Below, piece by piece: positions 22,531 to 36,795 of a DNA stretch of 64,000 nucleotides. The DNA is taken from the NCBI GenBank assembly GCA_964016885.1, contig OZ024741.1, positions 304,172,001 to 304,236,000 on the forward strand, written 5' to 3'. The DNA comes from Eledone cirrhosa. Its lineage: Eukaryota. The position numbers and the translations under genes were made by a program. Under the pieces are notes generated by a model that did no database searches, had not been told where the DNA came from, and saw only the letters and a program-made list of their open reading frames with translations. Position 1 is the stretch's first letter, and each line of letters starts with the position of its first letter.

Positions 22531-25500
22531 ATGTCAATGGCCCCAAATAACTACTCCCTCACATAATAGGTGGAGGATATTTTTGGGGTATAATACAAAA
22601 ACCAACCAGAGGAGGAGGATATTTTTTTTACTTAACTTTATTAGATTATATTCCATAACTATGTAAGTTGTAAATAATTGAGCACTCTTATATGATTGAA
22701 TATCATTCTGTTGTAAATAAGATTTTAAACAGAGAAATGATATATTTGTAATTGTGTAAAGTGTGTGAAGTGAACAATCTCATGTGTTTATTTTGTGGTT
22801 TGTTAATATATGCAGTGAGTTTCTCTGCCATAGGTGTCAGGAAGACACTTGGCAAGAAATGGAAACAAAACTGAAAGAGGAAAAACACAAATAATAATAA
22901 TAATAAGGATAATATCATTATTTAAAATATGGGTCAGACACATTTATTTATAGTCTTGGGAAATCATCATCAATATATTCCTCTACCTTTCATAAACAGG
23001 CTATCTGGTTATCTGCCAAAAGAACTAAATTTTGACCGCAGTATTTCAAGAATATTTTTATAATGTAAATCAAACCATGAAAAACGAAAAGAAAAGAAAA
23101 ATCATTAGAAATAACCCAACCAGGAAATCTCAAACAAAAATGTACTTTAGTTGTGATATGAAAGACAGATATCTGAGTTTCGAGCAATCTTCAGTAAAAC
23201 AAGGGGGAAAAAGAAAGAATTTGCTGGATTCATAATCATCGTAATCATTGCCATAGTTGTACTAGAGGTGATGATGATAGTGATGATGATGGCGCAGATG
23301 ATGGTGACCATGATAGCGCTGATGATGATGATTATTGTGATGATGATTATTATTATTTCTTTTGTCTTACAGTATAGATGGAAAATGCACAGGAGTATTT
23401 AGTGATCTATCAAGTCACAACAAGGATCTTGGACAGATAATACTTTCCTTAAAATGTGTGCAGTGCCTAGCAAAGCTGATTTTTGTCTGACACCAATCTT
23501 GCATGCTGTCTCTCCCGCCCTCTTCTACTCTATGAATCCCTATACAAAATTCTCTTATTCAATCACTTGCTTTCAAGTAAACAAAAATTTGAGAAACTTG
23601 TTGAAACTTAATGTAATGGAAACTCATTATGTAATGTAGTTGTTAAACAACACTTAAAACATTTTAAACATCAAAATATTAAAACTTCATAAATATATTA
23701 TATACTCAAGAGAATTTCAAAACCATGCCATCTTGGATTTTTGACCATTTCTCAGACATAAAATGGTGGTGGTGGGTGCTTATACTTTAGTATATAGAGG
23801 AATTAATAATTAAAAATAATTTATTCAAATACAGTATATTTCATCAGAAATATGGTAATGAAAGGGTTAAAGGAAAAGACACATTGGAAAACATAATCAT
23901 AGCTGCACAATGAATGAAATAAACAATGAGATGGTCATGGCTGGGATGTTTTCAATCATATGTCTGTTCAATCAGGGATGATCTGTGGCTTTAACAACAG
24001 TATCCAGACAAACTAAAAAAGGCGCCTCTACATAATTACTCAACCTGCTAAACATAGCAACCAAATCGCAAACAAATGATAACTACCATATCATATAATG
24101 TTTATTTTCCATGCTTGTATGAGTTAGATGGGTTGTCACATTGTGATGGGTTGTCATATTGTGAAACTAGACAGGTCAGGTGACCATGTCTTGTTCATAT
24201 GATCAATTTTGGGCTTGGTTTTCTATGGCTGGATGCCCTTCCAAACATCAATCACATTACAGAGTAGACTGGGTGATTTTTGCCATGGCACAAATAGGGT
24301 GGACTGGGAGCTTTTTTTTTTTTTTGTGGCACCTGCAAAATTACCTTATAGTGTGGACTAGGAGAATTTTTGTTGAGGCACCAGTTTGTGAGAGAACAAA
24401 CACATATCATTAGGGTAGCCTTGAAGAGAATGAGCTATGTTTGGCACAAATAATAATAATAATAATAATTATTATTATTATAAGGAAACATATATCAAAT
24501 AAATGTAGACCTCGTTACAAATGTCTGAAAACATGATGGTGTTGTCATGGCTGGAATGCCTTTGATCTTAAGTCTGCTCAATCAACCTGTAACTAAACAA
24601 CAGACTTCATTCAGTTTGTACAGCAGCACACAATCACATTTATATACACATACACATACATAAAACATTCTTTGCCCTCTACTATGAGTACACAATGAGT
24701 TTCCCAGAAACTAACACTGTGCTAGTTGGCATACATAATATTTAGTGAGAAAGAACAATAACAAAAGTACACTTGAAATTCCTGCTATCAGGTTGGGTTC
24801 TTAGCTTGTAGCTACTGATGACATCATAGTGAGCTGTAAGCATACACTCACTCAACTTATTTACAGTGGTAGTTGTTGGTGGTGGTGGTAGTGGTGTCTT
24901 TATTTTGTGTGATTTTCAGTTGATCGTAGCTTTTAAGAGAGAGGTGCATGTTATCATTGATGTTGTTGCAGCTGTTCCTGCTGTTGTTGTTTAATCCCAA
25001 GAAAGCTCTGATTAAGCAGACCTATGATCAAAAACATTCTTGCCATAATCATCCCGTTTTTTTTTTTTGTCTTTTGTTTTTTCATGCAGTGTGCATTATT
25101 CAATGAGTGCTTCCTCTTTTTATATGATATAAGAGAGATTTGGCAACTATTTCTACCTTCATTGGTTTGGACAGATGCATGGAGAAAAGAAAAGACGGAT
25201 ACGAAAACTGATGATGGTGGTGGTGATAGTGATGATGGTGAAAATGATGGAAGAAGGAGAAGGAGGAGGAGAAGGAGAAGGAGAAGAAGAAGAAGAAGAA
25301 AAAGAAAAAGAAGAAAAAGAAGAAAAAGAAGAAGAAGAACAACAACAACGGGGGGGGGGGGGTCACTAAAATGATTTCAATTATTTAGATAGTATTCCTA
25401 ACATGACAAAAAGGTTCTTATATAAAATTAGGTTGGAAGGTTTTCATTTAAATCAGAACCATTTAAAAATGGGTGGCTTCCATCCAATAGAAGCAGAGAT

Positions 25501-26210
25501 AGTTTGGGGCAGGTTGCTATTGAAAAGGTTAAGTGCTAATTTACAACAGATAATCATACAATATAATGAACTAATTTGTAGGACTAGTGGCACTGATACA
25601 TCATCATTTTTACGTTTTTTTCCATGCTTATATGGGTTGGATAAGTCCCTCTCAGCACAACATCTCTCCATGCACTGCGTTTCTTCATTTTCTCAGTGAG
25701 TCTCAGTCATTTGAGGCCAGCTCTCACAACCTCTGCCCATGTCTTTCTTAGTCTACCTCTATTGCACCTTCCTTACAATGGCATTTCCTGGCACTTCTTC
25801 AACCCATCGGTCATCATCCATATGCATTAGATGTCCATACAAACAGTCTTCTCTCCTGCACACCACCTCTCAAACCCAGGCTCTCTCTCAGTTGAACGAA
25901 GCTCTGCCTTTCTCTCACATTGCACATAATACATGACAACAAAACCAATATTTTGATTAGATCTGATAAATCAAGTTAATTGATTAATTGATTGATTGAT
26001 TGAATAGAGGAAAGAAAGATTTAAACCTAGATAAATAGATGGAAGGAAAGAAGGAAAGAAAGTAGGAAGGAAAGAAAGTAGGAAAGAAAGAAAAATAGAA
26101 TGAGATAAAGATAGAATACAATTATCCTATAAATCCATGAAGAAACAATGTAATGATGATTTGTACAATCTTCTCACACAAGGAAATTCAATAATGTCTA
26201 TATAAACTGT

Positions 26211-27866
26211 ATGGCTTGTGAGAGCTATACAAGCCATGTATAAAGAAACAGTCAGTAAGGTTAGAATTAACAACGAATATAGTGAAGAGTTTAGCGTAAA
26301 AGTTGGTGTCCATCAGGGCTCTGTTCTTAGCCCCCTACTATTTATTATTGCCCTTCAGGCTATAACAGAGGAGTTCAAGACCGGCTGCCCATGGGAACTC
26401 CTATACGCAGATGATCTAACACTCATAGCTGAATCAATGACCGAACTAGAGAAGAAATTCCAAACATGGAAGCACGGCCTAGAATCAAAAGGCCTTAAAA
26501 TTAACCTGGCTAAGACTAAAGTACTAGTTTGTAGGAAAGAAAATAAGGCGGCGGTCCCATCTGGGAAATGGCCATGCTCAGTGTGTAGGAAAGGCGTAGG
26601 TAGAAACTCCATTTTATGTCCCAAATGCAAAGTATGGGTGCATAAAAGATGTAGTGGGATCACAGGTAAGCTAACTAAGAACATAGATTTTACATGTGGC
26701 CGGTGCTCTGGTGCAATAAGTAGCAGCAAGTGCCCACAAAATACTAGCTCCTTCAACTGCGCAGAGGGTTCTATAGAAATAGTGGACAGCTTCCGTTATC
26801 TGGGTGACAAAATCAGCAGTGGGGGAGGGTGCTCTGAAAGTACAGTAGCTAGAGTCAGAACTGGATGGAAAAAGTTCAGAGAGCTTATACCACTATTAGC
26901 CGCTAGAGGGTTCTCCCTAAAAATGAAAGGCAGGTTATATGATGCCTGCATACGAACAGCAATGCTGCATGGCAGTGAGACCTGGGCATTGTGTGCAGAG
27001 GATATACGCAGACTAGAGAGGAACGAAGCTTGCATGCTCCGCTGGATGTGCAATAGTAATATACGTGAACGGCAAAGCATAAACGAACTAAGGAAAAAAT
27101 TAGAAATAAGAGGGATCAGATGTTGTTTACTCGAGAGAAGGCTACGTTGGTACGGTCACGTGATGCGCATGAAAGACGACAGCTGTATAACAAAGTGCAG
27201 GGCAATAAAGATAGACGGTAGCCACGGAGTAGGCAGACCCAGAAAAACATGGGACGAGCTGATAAATTCCGACCTCACACGCTTACACCTCTCCAAGACA
27301 ATGTCACTGGACCGAGACCTTTGGCGGTACTCAGTAATAGAGAAGACCCGCCTTACCTAAATACAAAGTAAAAACCTACTACAGTCAGTAGGCATCTCTA
27401 TCAAAACACACCCCCGTCCCACCACCTCCACCCCACCCACACCGCCCCTTTCAATGTAAAGTTATGTTGGTCCCACAACATCCAGGCCGAAACAAATGAG
27501 ATCGTGTAGGTGTCACGACAAAAAACACACAGTCCACGCTGTAAATGTGGCCGTGTAGGCAACACGGTAAAAACCTCCCAGCCCCACACTGTAAATGTGG
27601 TTGGTGTTAGGAAGGGCATCCAGCTGTAGAAAACCCGCCAGACAGTCCACGCTGTAATGTGGCCGTGTAGGCAACACGGTAAAAACCTCCCAGCCCCACA
27701 CTGTAAATGTGGTTGGTGTTAGGAAGGGCATCCAACTGTAGAAAACCCGCCAGACAGTCCTATGCGAGCAAGACAACCACTCTTGCCTCAAGTGGGAAAA
27801 CCCCCGTCCAAACCCATGCAAGCGTGGAACACGGACGCTAAACCTGATGATGATGATGATGATGAT
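26211..27866 (+). mobile_element. 5'-truncated copy of the same RTE LINE family
   Basis: Homology starts abruptly at atggcttgtg (26211); open 380-aa RT C-terminal frame with 9 aa differences from copy 1; 3' UTR ends in (GAT)n. Confidence 0.96.
26218..27360 (+). pseudogene. Truncated RT frame with PHD-like finger
   Basis: GVHQGSVLSP, YADD, C4HC3 finger at 26575-26706, FRYLG, RLRWYGHV; lacks the endonuclease and the RT N-terminus. Confidence 0.9.
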
Positions 27867-28269
27867 GGTGTGTATAAACACATACACAAACACACACACA
27901 TGTATATATACATACACACACTCATATTATATATATATATAATCATTTAACGTTTGCTTTCCCTGCTAGAAAGGACTGGACGGATGTTGTGTATGTATGT
28001 GTGTCTATATAAATGTGTGTGCATGTGTATGCATGCAAAAATTCAATGGAAAACAAAATTTCACAGCTCTAACATCATCCCTTCATAGTCAACCTATGAA
28101 CTTTTCAGCCGACTATTATCATAATCCTAATTGTTTTGTAGTTCATTTTTTTCCAACCTGGTATGGGTTAAACAAGACATTTCAAGCCAATTTCCTATGG
28201 CAGCATATCCTTTTTAATGTCAACCCGTGTCTCTCTCAAAGATAGAGGCTTTGTCTTTCCTCTAACTTG

Positions 28270-28607
28270 GAGTCTTTCAAACTTTTTGGGCCACCGCCCA
28301 CCTCACGGCCACGTAATACCCTCAGCGCCCCGCCATCTCTCTTTCCAGAGAGACCTGCCTACACACAAATTGTAAATAATACATAAATAAAATCCTTAAT
28401 TTAGTAATAAACAATATCATATATACTATGTATAAATAAATATTATATATATTTTTATTTTACTATATTTATATATATGTATAATTTGATATTTAATATA
28501 CTATTATATCATCTCTACTGCCGCCCCTGCACCCACAGATCCCAGTGCCCCGCCTGGACCTTCTCAACATCCCGGGATGGGGGGTAGCGCCCATCTAGGA
28601 AGACTCA
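28270..28607. mobile_element. Possible hAT-like MITE
   Basis: gagtctttcaaact...ctaggaagactc imperfect TIRs, GC-rich subterminal cgccc motifs, AT-rich core; no clear 8-bp TSD. Confidence 0.4.
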
Positions 28608-28656
28608 AGCAAGTGACACCCTTTGATAAGTGCAATTATTGCCCAATGTATTTTAA

Positions 28657-28908
28657 CCCTTTTGATACCAACCCACCTGAAACCACCCTGGTTTCATAAC
28701 ACAAAACTGCCCATTTTGAAGTGTTCATACTTATACTAAATCTTTCCATCATAATTCTATGTTAGAAATTTTTGTTGAGTTATGTTCCAAACATTAACTA
28801 ATACAAAAGTTAGTTATATTATTAAATCCCTCAAAATGTTTTATCATTTTCAAAAATTAATTGAAACACACAGACAAATATTTCATTAGAAATCTGGAAA
28901 CAAAAGGG
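28657..28908. mobile_element. TTAA-flanked MITE, family B
   Basis: ttaa|cccttttgatacca ... tggaaacaaaaggg|ttaa; related pieces near 15773, 33775, 52905 and 56192. Confidence 0.75.
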
Positions 28909-30755
28909 TTAAATAAATCATAGCTAAGATACCATCATTTTATCTTTACATTGTTGGAAATAATAGATACATGCCTTTTCATTTATCTTGGATGAAAAAT
29001 GGGGTCAACTGGCAGAATCGTTAGCACATAGTAGTATTTGTTCCTGCTCTTTACATTCCGAGTTCAAATCCTGTCGAGGTCAACTTTGCTATTCACCTTT
29101 TTAAAGTTGATAAATAAACTACCATTCTAATACTGGAGTCAGTTCTTTCTCTATATCTCTTTCTTGCTTTCTCCCTTGGTGATCTACATGATAAACACAT
29201 GTAAAGTGGTTACTGATAGAAAAGGCACCCAATTATAGAGGACTTGTCAAACAAAGAGTTGGAAGGACTTCAGCTGTGTTAAAGACATGTCAACTTCTCT
29301 AGTGTTGGTGCCATGATAAAATGCACTTGGTAAAGCATGGGATCGTATATCGGGTCCCCAGCCCACCTCGAAACCAAAAGCTTGGCTTCAGTACTAACCA
29401 GTCTATACCAATATAGGGAAGGTACCCGTTAAATGATGATGACGATGACTATCTGCAATGTCATGTCTATCTACATGACATCTATTTACAAGTGCATCAC
29501 ATACTCTATACACACATTTACCTTTATTTCAACAAGTGCTTAATAGTTTGCAGAGTATTATTTTGCGATGGACTAGTGACCTGTCCAGGGGAAAGTCTTG
29601 TACTCTCAGTTGTTTCATGTCATGAAACCGGGATAAGCACCAGCCTGACAAGCCTCTTAGTTTGAGACAGACTTTAGACTTAGTGAGTATTATTCATATT
29701 TTTAAGGGGGAGGGGGTTCTTCATTGTTTTTACTGTTTTGTATTTCTTTTGATTTTATTTATTAATTTCTTTTTTGTCTTTCTTTTTCAACCCCCTTCTC
29801 CACTTCCAAAGACTAAGTTTATAAAAATGAGTTCTAATCTTTTTTCCCATTTATATATACTTTTCCTGTTTCATCGTCATCATCGTTTAACGTCTATCTT
29901 CCATGCTAGCATGGGTTTAGATGGGATATATATACATATATGTACATATATTCCACTTCCATCAAAACACAAAAGAGTGGATTTATAAGAAAACAATATT
30001 TATTTCAAATAGGAAGCACCAACAGAAGATTATGTGTAGGGTGTACATTTTATATAATCTATATATATAAAGTTGTATATATTATATAATATAAAAGGAA
30101 ATAATGAGTGTGTGAATATTATATATAATATAGCCATACTCTACTACGCCAAGTAGTGGTCTAACTAGTTTTAAACTGATTCTATCCTGATATATATATT
30201 TATATAATGGCAGAACACTGGTGGGTCATATCCGCAGTGGTAGAGCATTCAGTCCATGGGATGAGTTTGGTAGAAATAGTTCCATAACAGTTAGTAAACC
30301 ATTTCCGAGGGCAATTTGTTTCACCTTAACGGATCATCAGCTTGGTTTAAATGAGTTAAAATTAAATATATATATATATAAAAGGAAAGTTATTAATATG
30401 TATATGCTGTATGTATGCATATTTTTCATATATACATATATATATGTGAAAAATCTTTGAATACAAAAAGATAATTACAAAATTTAGGAAACCATTAAAC
30501 TTGAGGAATAAATAAATATAAATATAACACAAAAATTAAAACCTGTAAGAGATTAGAAAAGATTTTTAAAAATAAACTACTCATATGTACAAAAAATATT
30601 GCTTTTATTACACAAAATTTTTGTTAGTAGAAAAAATATGAACAATAACAATGGTTGTTGGAAGTGGGTAACAGGATGGTGGTGGTGGTAAATGTATAAT
30701 TAAATTCAGTGTACATTGCAGTGGATTGAATCTAATTATTATTTTTTTTTTTTAG

Positions 30756-30826
30756 TTGCCAGAGTTTCTCAGGGAGAATCGCCTCCAGAAAGCAAAGCAA
30801 GCACTTCACCAACTTCTGGCATCTAA
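30756..30826 (+). CDS. Candidate terminal coding exon of an unidentified host gene
   Basis: Branch point ctaat (30732), poly-T tract then ag|; phase-1 frame xARVSQGESPPESKASTSPTSGI*; GC-richer than its flanks and not repeat-like. Confidence 0.4.
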
Positions 30827-31487
30827 GAAGTCAATTTACTCAGTCAATTACATTCAATGAGAGACAGATAAAAACAGAGTGTGATGAATATATACATACA
30901 TATGTGTGCATACACATGCATGCATGCATACATACACACATACATATACATACACACAAACACATACATACATATTAAACAATACTTTGACAAGACGTTT
31001 TAATGCTATTAGATTTCAAAGTAATTATTTTTTTTTTTTCTATTTTTGTTATTAGTTATCTTCCATTTCTTCAATTCATTGGTTTATTGGGAATGCACAG
31101 TTCTGACAATGTGGCAATTAAAATTGAACTCTTTCTTGAGGGGTGGTGGAGTCGCAATGCGAGAGGGGGGGTAAGGGAGTAGGCTGAGCTTCTAGCTGGT
31201 TTCTTTGTTTCATTCCTTGTTTTCTTATATCAAATTACAACAATGAAGCAAGCAAGAGCAGGAGTATAGGTATGAGATGGGGGTGGGTGGAGTGAGGTGG
31301 GGGAAGTAGAAGAGAAATAAGTGGTGGATGAGTAGCTGGGGGTTGGTATGAGAAAAATACAGGAAATAGATATTGGAAAGAATTAGACAGAGTATATCGA
31401 AGTATGTATATTAATATAGAACGTATGTGTGGGGATAATAATAATAATAAACATAATAATGGTGATGGTGGTGGTGATAAACAATAA

Positions 31488-31677
31488 TAATTGTTTCTAC
31501 ATTTGGCACAAGGCCAGCAATTACCCAGTGCATTACTGGTACTTTATTTTATCGACCCCATAAGGATGAAAGGCAAAGTTAACCTCAGCGGGATTTGAAC
31601 TCAGACCGTAAAGGGATGTAACTATGCTGGAAAGCATGGTGTCCGACTCTCTACCGATACTGCCAATCCACCGCCCT
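31488..31677 (-). mobile_element. Full-length Nin-domain SINE
   Basis: Head GGCGGTGGATTGGCAGTATCGG (A-box-like), GAGTTCAAATCC (B-box), Nin core, AT-rich tail. Confidence 0.9.
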
Positions 31678-31679
31678 TA

Positions 31680-32177
31680 ATAATAATAATAATGCTTTCT
31701 TTATTAACCACAAGGGTTTACACAAAGTAGAGATTAAGGACAATACAGGATGGTACAAATGTGCATTTCTGCGTGTAAAAAAAACAAAAAAACAGAGGAT
31801 GTAACAAAAAAAGGAACAATGAAAAATTCCCCAATAGGGGGGAAACTTCCGAGGGCCATCGTGGAGAAAGCCCATTAAAAAAAAGCCACAGCGACCCTGA
31901 CCACCAGGGCAAGTGCCCTCTCCCAGTTTTCCACCTTCAATTTACAGGCACATACTCAGTCTGGTGGCCATGCCTCTCTCACCCATCTTTCAACAAAATG
32001 CTGGGAAGAGAGCACTTCCCTCTCTACCCTGATTTTCCTTTTCAAATGAAATTTGAAAAAGTTAATCAGGGCATCACCGAAGAGGTAAGTGCTTGTCTTC
32101 AGCCCTTTCAGACGCGCCCACCATACTATCTCTTTCGCCATGGCCACCAGACAGATAAAAACTGCCTGCCCTTCTCG
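31680..32177 (-). mobile_element. Tx1/L1-like LINE 3' end
   Basis: AKEIVWWARL..FKFHLKRKIRVEREVLSSQHFVERWV; nearly identical to 46545-47063. Confidence 0.88.
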
Positions 32178-32567
32178 GAATAATAATAATAAACATAATG
32201 GTGATGGTGATGATAATAATAATAATAATGGTGGTGGTGGTGGTGTGGTGATGATGATGATAAATAATGTTAATAAATATGATGGTGATGATAAATAAAA
32301 TTATAATAGAATGAAAGAAAAAGAAAAATACGAAAATTAAATGAAAAAGGAAATAGATTTGAAGAAAGAAAGGAAGAAAGAAAGAAGCCAATGAAAGCAG
32401 AAAGGAGGAGTGGATTAAAGAAAGTAAATTTAATCTTTGAAAGTAAACAATGTCCACATGATCAACAGTGATAATATTTGGTAACAATAGCAACAACATT
32501 AGAATAATGAACAGCAGTGATGACAATAAATCAAGTAGGTGTTAGCATAATAAATAATAATAATGAT

Positions 32568-33265
32568 AATTGTTTCTACTTTAGGCACAAGGCCAGCAAT
32601 TACCAGTGCATTACTGGTACTTTATTTTATCGACCCCGTAAGGATGAAAGGCAAAGATAATGATTTCATTTATTAGCCACAAGGGCCGACATGTAGGGGA
32701 CAATAATAATGATTTCTACTTTAGGTACAAGGCCAGTAATTTGGGGGGAGGGGAAAGTCGAATAAATAGACCCCAGTGTATTACTGGTAATTTATTTTAT
32801 TGACTCCCACCCCCACTCTGTAAGGATGAAAGGCAACTCAGAATGTAAAGTGCCATAATTCTATGCTGCAAAGCATGGTGTCCGACACTCTACCAATTCT
32901 GCCAATCCACTTAATAATAATAACTTCTACTTTAGGCACAAGGCCAGTAATCGATCCCAGTGCATTACCGGTACTTTATTTTATTTACCCCGTAAGAATG
33001 AAAGGCAAAACTAACCTCGTCGGGATTTGAACTCAGAACGTAAAGGGCCGTATTGGATTGGCAGTATTGGTAGAGCGTTGGACAAAATGCTCTGCGGCAT
33101 ATAGTTTCAGCCCATTATGTTCTGAGTTCAAATCCAGTTGAGAGCTTTGCCTTTCATCCTTACAGGGTCGATAAAATAAAGTACCAGTAACTTACTGAGT
33201 CGATTTAATCAACTTTCCCCTCCCCCAAAATTGTTGGCCTTGTGTCTATAGTAGAAACAATTATT
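32568..33265. mobile_element. Cluster of Nin-SINEs (three minus copies, then one plus copy head-to-head)
   Basis: Repeated SINE core in both orientations. Confidence 0.85.
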
Positions 33266-34561
33266 ATTATTCATTTGCCACAAGGGCCAACAAAAAGGGG
33301 ACAATATGAAGAATAAGGACAGTGGGAGTTTATATAGAAATAAAGTAAAATATAAATCGCAGGTAAGACAATAAAACACCAAATCACCATCTTACAGCTA
33401 TTTTCCATGCTTGCATGGATTAGACAGGTTGTCATGTTCTGACTATTCTGGTATGGTATTTTATAACTTGATGCTCATCCTAATACCAACCACTGTATGG
33501 TGTGTACTGGGTCTGTCTTCTTGTGACACCAGTACTACCACTTTACAGTTTAGGCTGTCTCCATTATATTATGCTGCCAGCACTACAACTTTACAGAGTG
33601 GGCTGGATGCATTTTATCGTGGCACCAGCACTTCCACTTTCCTGATGTATGCAATAACTGCTTAATGAATTGCAATCTGCTCCTAGTTGGAGGCAATTAT
33701 TAACAATTCACAAAGGGGAGACAATTTCAAGAAATTCAGAATTAATTTCTGAAATTTTCAATTTCAATATGTTTAACCCTTGTGATAATTAAACTGCCTG
33801 AATGAGCCTCTGGTTCTAAAATACAAAACTAATTGTTTTGAATTGTTTCCATCTATCTATAAACTTTCCATAAGTTTTTGTAAGAACCTTTGTTATGTTA
33901 TGTTTCATGCAGCAGATAAATAATGAGAAATCACAAATACCTGGTTGCAGACTTGGTATAGTGTCAGTTACACATACACACATATATACATACACACATG
34001 CTCAACAACATGTATACAAACAATATATACACATTTACTTACACACATACACATGCTCACCAACATATACACTAACAATATATACACTTCACACACACAA
34101 TTGATTTGAAGTTCCTTAATTTCAACCCATAAGGGACATATGCGTTCTATTGAAGACTAGAGTATCCATCATCACCACCACTACTAATTTTCCTCCTACA
34201 AGAACCAACAACCTCTCCAATGCAACCACTTCACTACCATCCATCAATATTATGTCTTTCCATAAGATTTTCACACACGCCCATCACACACACGTGTACA
34301 TACACTCTACAATTCTGTTTATTCCCCCTCCCCCCATCTATCTATCTCTCTTAGTCTGGGTATATATGCATTTATGTATGCATGCACATATGTATATATC
34401 TATATACATATATATACGTTCATACTCATGTACTTGTGTGTGTGTGTGTATGTATGTGCATGTGTGGATGTATGCAGGTGCGTACGTATGTGTGTGTGTG
34501 TGTATGTATGTATGTGTGTGTGTGTGTATGTATATCTTAGTCAACCAATAAAAGGGAGTCT

Positions 34562-35220
34562 CTATGTTTGGTGTGGTGCGGTGTGTAGTGGTATTGTGTG
34601 GTGTAATATGGTGTAGTGTGATGTGTTGTGTAGGAGTATGGTGTTATGGCATAGAGTGGTGTGTAGTTGCATGAAGTGATATGGTGTAGTAGAAGTGATA
34701 TGGTGTGGTGTAGTATGGTGTTTTGGTGTAGTGTGGTATGTAGTATAATGTAGTTTAGTGTGGTGTGTAGTTGTGTGAAGTGGTATGGTGTAGTGTTGTA
34801 TGGTGTTTTGGTGTAGTGCGGTATATAGTACAGGGTGTTTCAAAAAATTTAATATCATTTGAGATGTAAATATCCCAGAAACTACAAGGTCTAGGACAAC
34901 GAGACTAAGCAGGCTCCATGTTGAGTAACACAAGATTTATTCCTCAAAACATGTCCACGTTATAACATTAATTCACAATATATATTTCAATGTGATAACC
35001 TTGGGAACAGGCCATTGATATAAAAAAATTTGAAACACCCTGTATAATGTAGTGTAGTGTGATGTGGTGTGTAGTTGTGTGAAGTGATATGGTGTGTTGT
35101 GATACAGTGTAGTGTGGCGTGTTTTAGTGTAATGTGGTATATAGTATAATGTAGAGTAGTATAGTATGGTATGGTGCAGTGTAGTGGTATGGTATAGTGT
35201 GGTGTAGCAGTGTGTGGTGA
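34562..35220. repeat. Degenerate (GTGTA/GTGTG)n pentamer satellite
   Basis: Direct reading. Confidence 0.88.
34831..35042. mobile_element. Tc1/mariner-derived MITE with TA target-site duplication
   Basis: TA|CAGGGTGTTTCAAA ... TTTGAAACACCCTG|TA, perfect 14-bp TIR. Confidence 0.92.
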
Positions 35221-35569
35221 AGTCTGATATGAATGAAGAATCACAACTGGTGAGGGAAAAAGCCTCGTAGTTTAGGGAAGTTCAAAGGAGAGGGGGGGGA
35301 TGAGAATGGGGAGGGAGAGGAATAAAGAAAAGGAGAGAATGTGGGACTGTGAAAGTGTTACAAAAAAAAAGAAAAGAAACGAGAAACAAAATTGCCTGAA
35401 GACAAAATAAAGATGGAGAAGAGAATGGAGAGAAAGGGGACCACAATGAAAACAAGCAAAGAAAGGTATTTGGGGTGTGATGAGGCTAACATGGAAATAG
35501 GTTCTATTATTTTTCCTCCAATATCACCATTAAGTGCCATCAAAACCCAGCCTCACCCCTCACCACAAT

Positions 35570-36190
35570 TATCAATATCACCACCACTACCACCACTGGA
35601 TGCCATTACCAAAAGTCACATAGCATCAGGAAATCCAACTCCATTCACAACTTACAAATCTTTATTCCAGCCATTAACAGCAGTAGCAGTAACAGCACCA
35701 CCACCAGTAACACCAGCATCGCCCCACCATCACTAACACCAATAACACCACCAATAACAACACTACTAGCAACACCAACAACAACATTAACACCACCAGC
35801 GACAACAACACCACCACCACTACCAAGAAGAACAACAACAACAACACCAACACCACTACCAACAACACCAACACCACTAGCAAGAACACTAACAACAACA
35901 ACACTACCATCACCACCACCAACAACAACACTAATACCACCAGCAGCAACACCAATACCACTGGCATTAAGATCAACACCACTACCAACAACAGTACCAA
36001 GAACACTATCCCCAACAACACTACCATCACCACCAAATACCACTACCAACACCATTAAAACAACTACAAATACCAATAATTACCCAAAACAGAACTACCA
36101 ACATTGTAAAAAATAAATCCCTACAATAGTTAATCATCACAATCACAATAGTAACAACACCTACCATCATTACTACCATCACTACACCAT
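35570..36190. repeat. (CAA/CAC/CTA)n trinucleotide low-complexity tract
   Basis: Direct reading. Confidence 0.9.
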
Positions 36191-36414
36191 AACAGACCTG
36201 TCAACTCTCCCCATAGGATGGAGAGATTTCCCTCCCACCTTGGGGGGGGGAGGAAGATAGCTATACCTATTTTCACAATAGAAGATTTCATTATGTAAAA
36301 TCTCCCCATTTTGGGGCACTTTTTTTCATGGTATTCCTCTGTGTTTTTAGAGGTTGGCAGGTCTGCCAAGACCACCAACAACACCTCTCCCACTGGAATA
36401 GACATCCCACAATT

Positions 36415-36795
36415 TCAATGAGTGCTCTAATTCTTTAATTCTTGTTCATGAAATTAACATGTAAGTGGCTGAGCATTCCACAGAGACACATACCCTTAAT
36501 ATAGTTCTCAGGGAGACTCAGCATAAAACATTGTGTGACAAGGCTGGCTTCTTGAATTACAAGCACCACATATTTGCTAGCTGATGAACTACATAGTTCT
36601 CAGGGAGACTCAACACAATATTGTGTGACATTGCTGGCTTCTTGAATTATAAGCACCACATATTTGCTAGCTGAGTGGACTACATAATTCTCAGGGAGAC
36701 TCAGCATAACATTGCGTGACATTGCTGGCTTCTTGAATTACAAGTACCACATATTTGCCAGCTGAGTGGACTGGAGCACATGAAATAAAGTGTCA
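36415..36795 (-). mobile_element. Second SINE family with an internal ~92-bp triplication
   Basis: ata(g/a)ttctcagggagactca units at 36501, 36593 and 36684; family also at 37745-38012, ~49430-49565 and ~55730-55815. Confidence 0.75.

Noticed and set aside
23372-23400. Strong-looking splice acceptor ttttgtcttacag
   Set aside because: Lies in the antisense 3' tail of a REL-LINE remnant (KSALLGTAHILRKVL on the minus strand, ~23440-23485)
35392-36076. Thr/Pro-rich or Val/Gly-rich mucin-like ORFs
   Set aside because: Degenerate trinucleotide repeat with scattered stops and no convincing splice structure
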